Positions 10,109 to 16,654 of a DNA stretch of 31,209 nt are shown piece after piece. The DNA comes from a virus. Taxonomy: Duplodnaviria; Caudoviricetes. The stretch's first letter is position 1, and each line of letters starts with the position of its first letter. The notes under the pieces are model-generated. The model had not been told where the DNA came from and searched no databases. It was given only the letters and a program-made list of their open reading frames with translations. The stretch is taken from positions 1 through 31,209 of the IMG/VR virus record IMGVR_UViG_3300020042_005655; one strand, 5' to 3'. The position numbers were made by a program, and so were the translations under genes.

Positions 10109-11023
10109 ATGTCTATTTTGACTCGCGCACAGTTTGCGAAGCAGCTTGTTCCCGGCCTTAACGCGATCTTCGGCACGGCCTATAAGAGCATCGATAACGA
10201 ACACACACCATTGTTCGACATCGAGCGTTCTGATCGTTCGTTCGAAGAAGAAGTGTTGATGACGGGTTTTGGTACGGCCCCGGTCAAGTCGGAAGGCGAT
10301 CAGGTGTTCTTCGACACCGCGTCCGAAGCTTGGACGAGCCGCTTCACGCACGAAACCGTTGCCATGGCTTTCGCCATCACCGAAGAAGCTATCGAGGACA
10401 ACCTCTATGGCACGACGGGCAAGATGAAGGCGAATGCGATGGGCCGCGCTATGGCTAATGCCAAGCAGGTCAAGGCGGCTAACGTCTACAACAACGGCTT
10501 CAACACCAGCTCCCTCTATGCTGGGGGTGACGGCAAGCCGCTGTTCGCTTCCGACCACCCGACGCTTGCTGCCGGTACGCAGTCCAACAAAGTCAGCTCG
10601 GACTTGTCCGAAACTGGCCTTGAAGCGGCCCTAATCAACATCTCGTTGACCAAGGATGACCGTGGCCTGCTGATTGGCGCCCGCGCCGTGAGCCTGCACA
10701 TTCCGCCACAGCTTCAGTTCGTTGGCCACCGTATCCTGTTCTCGGACCTCCGCGTCGGTACGGCTGACAATGACACGAACGCTATGAAGGACATGGGCCT
10801 GTTCTCGAAGGGCTACACCATCAACCATCGCTTCACGGACACGAACGGTTGGTTCATTCGCACTGATGTGCCGAACGGGACCAAGATGTTCATCCGTGCG
10901 CCGCTGGCCACCAAGGATGATGTGGACTTCCTGACCGGCAACATGCGCTATAAGGCCCGCGAGCGTTACAGCTTTGGCTGGTCTGACTGGCGTCAGTGGT
11001 ATGGCTCCTCTGGTTCAACCTAA
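10109..11023 (+). CDS. Major capsid protein (HK97 fold, Mu gpT-like family)
   Basis: SD AGGAGG; RAQFAKQLVPGLNAIFG, SDRSFEEEV, FAITEEAIEDNLY, GDGKPLFASDHP, RYKARERYSFGWSDWR; followed by a terminator hairpin. Confidence 0.92.
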   Translation: MSILTRAQFAKQLVPGLNAIFGTAYKSIDNEHTPLFDIERSDRSFEEEVLMTGFGTAPVKSEGDQVFFDTASEAWTSRFTHETVAMAFAITEEAIEDNLYGTTGKMKANAMGRAMANAKQVKAANVYNNGFNTSSLYAGGDGKPLFASDHPTLAAGTQSNKVSSDLSETGLEAALINISLTKDDRGLLIGARAVSLHIPPQLQFVGHRILFSDLRVGTADNDTNAMKDMGLFSKGYTINHRFTDTNGWFIRTDVPNGTKMFIRAPLATKDDVDFLTGNMRYKARERYSFGWSDWRQWYGSSGST

Positions 11024-11029
11024 TGGATT

Positions 11030-11052
11030 GGGGACTTCGGTCCCCTTTCCTT
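11030..11052 (+). terminator. Rho-independent terminator after the major capsid gene (probably leaky)
   Basis: GGGGAC-TTCG-GTCCCC hairpin with a C(UUCG)G tetraloop, followed by a short, broken U-tract TTTCCTT. Confidence 0.75.
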
Positions 11053-11071
11053 CATCATTAAGGAAAATCAG

Positions 11072-11515
11072 ATGACTACTTTTAGTTTCCCTGTCAACAT
11101 CGACAACCACGAACCAGCTTCCGGCAGCCCTGTCGATATGACGACTGCCCGCGTTCCGGGGCGCTTTTCCGTAGTAGTAAACACTGCCAAGTCAGGCACG
11201 GCTGTTGGTGCTACCACCATTCCGCTGTTCGTGGCCCCTGCCGGTTCTAACTTCTACGAATGTGTTCTTGACATCACGACTGCCTACGATAACCTTGACA
11301 CCAAGATTACCGTCGGCACTTCGGCCAGCCCTGCTACCCTGTTCGCAGCTACGTCTGTGAACACGGCAGGCCGCCGCGATTACGCTGGTTCTGCTGCCCA
11401 AGTCTCCACCAACAGCATCGTGCTGACGGCGGATACCACGGTCCAGGCCATCGTGTCTATTGCTACTTCGACTGTGGCGGCGGGTTCCGTCATTGTTCAC
11501 GTCGTAATCGGCTAA
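11072..11515 (+). CDS. Virion structural protein (beta-rich, putative capsid spike/decoration)
   Basis: SD AAGGA; MTTFSFPV start; Thr/Ser/Val/Ala-rich; first gene after the major capsid gene. Confidence 0.7.
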   Translation: MTTFSFPVNIDNHEPASGSPVDMTTARVPGRFSVVVNTAKSGTAVGATTIPLFVAPAGSNFYECVLDITTAYDNLDTKITVGTSASPATLFAATSVNTAGRRDYAGSAAQVSTNSIVLTADTTVQAIVSIATSTVAAGSVIVHVVIG

Positions 11516-11564
11516 CAAGTTAAGGCAGGCTCCTCCTCCGGGCGGGGTCTGCCTTACTTGCTTT
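11516..11564 (+). terminator. Long imperfect hairpin (terminator or RNA processing site)
   Basis: CAAGT-TAAGGCAGGCTCC...GGGGTCTGCCTTA-CTTG inverted repeat filling the intergenic gap, followed by CTTT and SD AGGAG. Confidence 0.55.
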
Positions 11565-11575
11565 AGGAGCTTCCC

Positions 11576-11890
11576 ATGCCCGGCATTAAAAGTATCCGCG
11601 TCATTTCCTTTCAGGTCAGCTCATCTGCGACCGCGACGAGCGACGCAATCGACCTTGACTACCGCTTCGACGGCTCGCCCTCCCGCTCGTTCTTCGTTCA
11701 GAAAAGCGCAGCGTCCGGCCCATCCATCTTCATCGAGGCCGCGCCCTTCGAGACTGGCCCGTGGATTGCTTTTGCCGAAGTGACTGCGGCTGTAACCACC
11801 ACGCTCGTCCAAGTGATCTTTGATGTACCTTTCGTCCGCACCTCCTATGCAGGCGGCGGCCCACTCGTTACCATTTATGGAGTCGTCTGA
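11576..11890 (+). CDS. Small beta-rich structural protein
   Basis: SD AGGAG; 104 aa; ends VPFVRTSY...VTIYGVV; lies in the structural cluster. Confidence 0.7.
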   Translation: MPGIKSIRVISFQVSSSATATSDAIDLDYRFDGSPSRSFFVQKSAASGPSIFIEAAPFETGPWIAFAEVTAAVTTTLVQVIFDVPFVRTSYAGGGPLVTIYGVV

Positions 11891-11902
11891 GGAGTCGCGC
11901 CA

Positions 11903-12565
11903 ATGGCAACCAGCGGCGTAGCCTCCTTTGACCCCACCTTCGACGACATACTTCAGGATGCTGCTGCCATGGTTGGCGGGGGCCCGGTCCTCGCTGACGA
12001 ACTAATCAGTGCCCGGCGCGGTCTCGACTATCTGCTGACGGACCTTCAAAACCGCAACGTCCTGCTACACAAAATTCAAACCACCGTAGTCCCCGTTTCT
12101 GCTTCGGTATCTTCACTTTCGTTCGGCGCTGACATCTCTGACGTTCTGACTGCTAGCATCCGCACCAGCTCCACTGACATTCTGCTGGATCGTGACGGCT
12201 ACGAACGCTGGGCGGAAATTCCCACCAAGTCCCAGACCGGGCGTCCAACTCGCTACTGGTGGGACCGGCGCCGTGACTCCAACATCATGAACTTCTGGCC
12301 GCTGCCCGACCAAACATACACTGTCGTGCTGACCGTCCAGAAGAACGCCGAAGATACGCTGCGCGCTTTTGACAACATCGACGTGCCTCGGCGCTTCCTG
12401 CCCGCCATCGTCTACGGCCTCGCCTACTGGATTGGTATGCGGCGCGGACCCCGCGTACCCACCGACCGCTTAACTCTTCTTAAAAGCGAATACGAACGTG
12501 CGGTGCGCGACGCCATGCGCGAAGACCGTGAACGTGGTAAGGTTCTGATTAGGATTGGCCGCTAA
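11903..12565 (+). CDS. Head-tail adaptor / tail tubular-like protein
   Basis: SD GAGGAG; MATSG..F, ARRGLDYLL, IPTKSQTGRP, WPLPD and FLPAIVYGLAY motifs. Confidence 0.7.
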   Translation: MATSGVASFDPTFDDILQDAAAMVGGGPVLADELISARRGLDYLLTDLQNRNVLLHKIQTTVVPVSASVSSLSFGADISDVLTASIRTSSTDILLDRDGYERWAEIPTKSQTGRPTRYWWDRRRDSNIMNFWPLPDQTYTVVLTVQKNAEDTLRAFDNIDVPRRFLPAIVYGLAYWIGMRRGPRVPTDRLTLLKSEYERAVRDAMREDRERGKVLIRIGR

Positions 12566-13218
12566 TGCCCTACACCTATAGCACCCTCATTTCTGACATC
12601 CAAGCGAACATGGAGGAAGATTCCGCCGAGTTCGTGTCCGCGTTGCCTGCCATCGTTGAACGCGCCCAGTCCCATTTGCAACGACGTCTTGATCCGGTCA
12701 ACATCATCACCTTCACCGAAGTTTCCGTCAGCGCCTCCACCCGCACCCTGAGTTTGCCTTCCAACCTGTTAGTTCTGAAGTCCATTCAAGTCTGTGCTAC
12801 CGGCGGCTGGAACACTCTTTTTGAACAAAACAACGAGTTCCTTACCGCCTATTGGCCAGACTACACATCTTGTGCGCCCACCAAATACTATGCGCCCAAA
12901 GACAATGCAACCATCTTCTTGGCACCGACCCCACCTTCCAACTCCACGGCTTTGATCGAATACATCCCGCGCGTCACGGTCCTCAGCTCGGCCTACCCCT
13001 CCAACTACTTTTCTAACTACACTGATGCGGCTCTCTTCGCGGCAGGCATGCTGTACGCTAACGCCTGGACTAAGAACGCTGCTGCTGTCACCATTTGGAA
13101 AAGCATCCTTGATGAAGAACTGACAGCCCTGAACGTGGAGTCGACACGGGCGCGCCGTTCGGATGCCGTCAATCGCTACAACGGTTCACCAGAAAATACC
13201 ATTGGGGGAACTCCCTAA
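12565..13218 (+). CDS. Second adaptor/connector-like structural protein
   Basis: TAATG-coupled; TYSTL..DIQ, PTKYYA, LAPTP and DAALFAA motifs typical of podoviral connector proteins. Confidence 0.65.
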   Translation: MPYTYSTLISDIQANMEEDSAEFVSALPAIVERAQSHLQRRLDPVNIITFTEVSVSASTRTLSLPSNLLVLKSIQVCATGGWNTLFEQNNEFLTAYWPDYTSCAPTKYYAPKDNATIFLAPTPPSNSTALIEYIPRVTVLSSAYPSNYFSNYTDAALFAAGMLYANAWTKNAAAVTIWKSILDEELTALNVESTRARRSDAVNRYNGSPENTIGGTP

Positions 13219-13436
13219 TGTCCGTCCTAGATATGTGGTCGGTCTGCGACCGCTGTGGTTTCGATTACAAGCGGCGCGACCTTTACAAAGAAACAACCAA
13301 CTTTGTCGTTTGTCATGGGTGTTACGATGGAAAATTCGACAAGAAAAGCCACCCCCAAAACTATTCTGCAAAGCCGCGCCGGGAACTCAAACAAGTACCT
13401 GATGCGCGTCCTGACCAGACCAACTATGGGCCTTAG
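13218..13436 (+). CDS. Small Cys4 (CxxC...CxxC) protein, paralog 1
   Basis: CDRCG...VVCHGCYD...HPQN...PDARP; TAATG-coupled. Confidence 0.8.
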   Translation: MSVLDMWSVCDRCGFDYKRRDLYKETTNFVVCHGCYDGKFDKKSHPQNYSAKPRRELKQVPDARPDQTNYGP

Positions 13437-13438
13437 TC

Positions 13439-13750
13439 ATGCGAGTAAATGTCTGGTCCCTATGCGACCGTTGTGGCCAAAAGTACTACCGGCGCCAACT
13501 TCGCAAAGAATCCACTAACCTTGTCGTCTGCTCGGCCTGCTTTGACGGCGCTTACGATCTTAAGAAGCACCCCCAGAACAGGCCACCACGTCCCCGCTAC
13601 GAATCCCGCAAAGTCCCCGACGGGCGCCCGCAAGCAGACACTACAATGTACCTGGCTAAAGAAGATTCAGGCTACCTCCTCACCGAGACCGGCCTGAACA
13701 TCATAGTAACACCAACCCAGTGGACCCCCTCAATGAGTTCGCCAACATGA
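13439..13750 (+). CDS. Small Cys4 protein, paralog 2, with a C-terminal extension
   Basis: CDRCG...VVCSACFD...HPQN...PDGRP plus YLAKEDSGYLLTETG. Confidence 0.8.
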   Translation: MRVNVWSLCDRCGQKYYRRQLRKESTNLVVCSACFDGAYDLKKHPQNRPPRPRYESRKVPDGRPQADTTMYLAKEDSGYLLTETGLNIIVTPTQWTPSMSSPT

Positions 13751-14007
13751 CCGCCCAAGCTTTCATGGACTTCTTCTCGATCTTCTTGTGGCCTTTAGCC
13801 TTAGCTTACGTTGCCTATTTGCACAGGGAACTTTCTGCCGTGGCCAAGCGCATCGAAAAAGTCCATGACGAACACCACGCTCACGTAGCCCAGGCGAACA
13901 AGGACTTCGCCACGCGCGAGGTGGTCAGTGCCCTTGAAAACAAACTAACAACTGTGTTAAATAGAATCGACGACAAAGTAACACGAATCCTTGAGGAACG
14001 CAAGTAA
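13747..14007 (+). CDS. Single-TM coiled-coil protein (holin-like/membrane)
   Basis: Probable start ATG13747 (ATGA overlap); N-terminal hydrophobic FFSIFLWPLALAYVAYL, then a coiled coil ending RIDDKVTRILEERK. The holin role is inferred. Confidence 0.6.
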   Translation: MTAQAFMDFFSIFLWPLALAYVAYLHRELSAVAKRIEKVHDEHHAHVAQANKDFATREVVSALENKLTTVLNRIDDKVTRILEERK

Positions 14008-14480
14008 TGCCCTCTACCTATGATTCCCTCTTAAGGCTTGAGCTTCAGGCGACCGGCGAGAACGCTACGACCTGGGGCTCCAAGACCAACAACAACCTCG
14101 AACTTATCGCGGCTGCTATCGCAGGCACGGCAATCGTCAGTGTGTCTAGCGTCGACGTCAGTCTTACCGAAGCCAACGCTGCGTCCGATCAGTCCCGTGC
14201 AGGCATCCTTATTTTCGAAGGAACCCTGACGGGCAACGTCAACATCTTTGTGCCGGACTCCACCAAAACCTACGCGACCCTCCGCCAAACTTCCGGCGCC
14301 TTCAACATCACTATCAAGAACACGGGTACGGGCGCCGCCCTTTCCAGCAGCGGCCCTGACCTAATCATCTGCACGTCAGCCACCTGCGTCAATCTGATCG
14401 CGACCTTGCAAGTTCAAGTCAACGCGGTGTCGGCTGCCGTCAGCGTTATCAATGCGCTAAACATCCGCATCATCGAGTAA
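14007..14480 (+). CDS. Short tail fibre / fibre-adaptor protein
   Basis: N-terminus MPSTY..L.LEL.ATGENATTWG.KTN.NL is a typical podoviral fibre-attachment start; ends in a short coil LQVQVNAVSAAVSVINALNIRIIE. Confidence 0.7.
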   Translation: MPSTYDSLLRLELQATGENATTWGSKTNNNLELIAAAIAGTAIVSVSSVDVSLTEANAASDQSRAGILIFEGTLTGNVNIFVPDSTKTYATLRQTSGAFNITIKNTGTGAALSSSGPDLIICTSATCVNLIATLQVQVNAVSAAVSVINALNIRIIE

Positions 14481-14482
14481 CC

Positions 14483-16339
14483 ATGTCCGCAACACTCCAA
14501 GACCAAAAGCTCACCGAACTAGAATTTAAAGCAGGCGTCGTCAAAGAGAAAACACAGCTCGACGCTTCTGGCTATTGGACCGACGCCGACAAAATCCGCT
14601 TTCGCTTCGGACGCCCCGAACTTATGGGTGGTTGGCAACTTCTGATTGACTCTTCCGAAAGTGGCAAAATCTTTGGCGTATCGCGCCTGCTCGATACATT
14701 ACGCAATCGCCTTGGCGAAGCTGCCGCTTTTATTGGAACCAATGCGGGCGCCTTCTCCAGCGAACTGTCGACCTTCTACAACATTACGCCCATCGTGACA
14801 ACGGTCTCCACTTCCAACATCCTATCCACTACCGCCAACTCTACCAAGGTCGTCGTATCTATTTCGGCGCACGGCCTCACCAACGAAAGCATCGTAGAAA
14901 TCGTATCAGCAGCCACAACCATTGGTGGCAACATCCGTATCAACGCCATATCCTCAGTTACTGCCACCTATCAAGTAAGCGTCATTACCAGCAACAGCTT
15001 TGAATTTGACGTTGGCGTTTCAGCGGCAGCCACTTCAGCGGCAACCGGCGGCGCCATCACCATAGGCCTTAGCTACCCGGCAGGCGGCCAATCCACCGTC
15101 TATCAGAGTGGATGGGGCTATGGTTTCTGGGGCGGCAACTTTGGCTGGGGCACCCCAACCGCCAACTACGCTATCCCACTTCGTCTGTGGTCGGATGATC
15201 TTTGGGGCACTGACATTCTAGCTGTTCCTTCGCGCGGTCCCCTCATGTACTGGAATACCAGCGCGGGCATCACTGGGCGCATGACTATTGTCACTGCCGC
15301 ACCCTCCGTCAATCAGATTGTGCGCGTCGCCTCCGAAGCCCGGCATGTCCTCGTCTATGGAACTCACGACAGTGTTGGTTCCTACGACCCGCTTCTGATC
15401 CGCTGGTGTACCCAAGAAGACTTCACTGATTGGACGCCTACCGCCACCAACAACGCGGGCGACTACCCGCTGCCAAGCCGTGGTTCTGAAATCCGGGCCG
15501 TCAATCGGTTCCGAGATAAGACAGCTATTCTGACTGATTCGGACCTCTACATCCAATCCTACATTGGTGGCAATGACGTCTTCGGCTTCGTTGCGGCAGG
15601 CGAACAGTGCGGTGTCATTTCTCGCAACGCATCAGTCGAGTATCGCGGCACCCTCTATTGGATGTCAGACAACGGGCAGTTCTACCAATACGACGGACGC
15701 GTCCAACCCCTGCCTTGCACCGTCCTTCGTTACATATATGACAATCTTGACAAAGACTACACAGACAAAATCTACGCGGGCGTCAATTCGACTTTTGATG
15801 AAATCATTTGGTTCTACCCTTCCCTGGCTTCGCCTAATGGTGAGAACGACCGTTATGTCATTTACAACACCACCGAAAAGCACTGGGCTATTGGGAACAT
15901 GGACCGTACTACGTGGGAAGACAGCGGCACCTTTGAATACCCTTTAGCTACCGGACCGTCAGCAGCAGCCTTCTACTATCAAGAGTTTGGCTATACCGCC
16001 GACCTTTCCGTGATGGCCGCCAATTTAGAGGGCGCCTACTTTAATCAAGATGCTGGCAACAACATCATGTTCGCTAACAAGTTTGCCCCCGACTTCAGCA
16101 ACCTATCTGACAATACGCCCTACTCGGGCACCCTTCAGATTTCGTTGCAAGCTCGTAAATATCCGGGCGGCACAGTCACTACCAAAGGACCCTTCGCCGT
16201 CAGCGGCTCTACTCAAAAGATATCGACCCGCCTACGTGGCCGTGAGTTTGCCGTCCAAATCCAGTCCTCAACTTCCTCCAACCTGCCTTGGCGTATGGGT
16301 CGATTCCGCATGGCAATTGAACCGGATGGCCTGCGATGA
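14483..16339 (+). CDS. Tail nozzle/hub protein (P22 gp10 / T7 gp12-like beta-propeller)
   Basis: 618 aa beta-rich; WTDADKIRFRFG.PE..GGW, DPLLIRW..QED...W.PT..N.AG, YWMS, EIIWFYPS, C-terminal WRMGRFR..I.PDGLR; contains an inserted HGL-type beta domain. Confidence 0.7.
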   Translation: MSATLQDQKLTELEFKAGVVKEKTQLDASGYWTDADKIRFRFGRPELMGGWQLLIDSSESGKIFGVSRLLDTLRNRLGEAAAFIGTNAGAFSSELSTFYNITPIVTTVSTSNILSTTANSTKVVVSISAHGLTNESIVEIVSAATTIGGNIRINAISSVTATYQVSVITSNSFEFDVGVSAAATSAATGGAITIGLSYPAGGQSTVYQSGWGYGFWGGNFGWGTPTANYAIPLRLWSDDLWGTDILAVPSRGPLMYWNTSAGITGRMTIVTAAPSVNQIVRVASEARHVLVYGTHDSVGSYDPLLIRWCTQEDFTDWTPTATNNAGDYPLPSRGSEIRAVNRFRDKTAILTDSDLYIQSYIGGNDVFGFVAAGEQCGVISRNASVEYRGTLYWMSDNGQFYQYDGRVQPLPCTVLRYIYDNLDKDYTDKIYAGVNSTFDEIIWFYPSLASPNGENDRYVIYNTTEKHWAIGNMDRTTWEDSGTFEYPLATGPSAAAFYYQEFGYTADLSVMAANLEGAYFNQDAGNNIMFANKFAPDFSNLSDNTPYSGTLQISLQARKYPGGTVTTKGPFAVSGSTQKISTRLRGREFAVQIQSSTSSNLPWRMGRFRMAIEPDGLR

Positions 16340-16608
16340 GCCGTCGCATTTCCTCCCGCACCTTCCCCGACCCCCCTTCGGAATGGGATGCTTCGTCGCG
16401 CGAGGCCTGGAACTCTCTCATCAAAGTCCTTGAACAAAGCGATCTGTTCGACTTGGGCCGTCGGTCTCGCCCCCAGTTCATTGTGCAGGGCACCGTCAGC
16501 GCACCCTTGACTGTCGACATGGCCAATCCATCGGTCACCACCCTCACTAACGTCGTTGGCAAGCTGCTACTGGCCCTCCAGTCTAGCAACTTCGTCGACG
16601 TCCGTTAA
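16336..16608 (+). CDS. Small tail-associated hypothetical protein
   Basis: ATGA-coupled to the nozzle gene; 90 aa; FPDPPSEWD motif. Confidence 0.7.
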   Translation: MSRRISSRTFPDPPSEWDASSREAWNSLIKVLEQSDLFDLGRRSRPQFIVQGTVSAPLTVDMANPSVTTLTNVVGKLLLALQSSNFVDVR

Positions 16609-16630
16609 GCTTTATTTTCTTTGAAATCCA

Positions 16631-16639
16631 TGATATAAT
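16631..16639 (+). promoter_or_regulatory. Extended -10 promoter for the ejection-protein block
   Basis: TGA-TATAAT (TGn plus perfect -10) in an AT-rich intergenic gap; SD GAGG at 16646-16649; ATG16655. Confidence 0.6.
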
Positions 16640-16654
16640 ACGGACGAGGCACAA

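Noticed and set aside
13218-13750. Paralog pair considered as DGR template/variable repeats
   Set aside because: Differences are not adenine-specific, both are intact ORFs, and no reverse transcriptase is present.
14860-15010. Similarity of the nozzle insertion to the 'ubiquitin-activating E1 FCCH' beta-barrel, suggesting a ubiquitin-like system with the GG motifs
   Set aside because: This HGL-type barrel is a common structural insert in phage tail proteins; no E1/E2/JAB enzyme is seen, and the GG motifs are internal rather than on a beta-grasp C-terminus.
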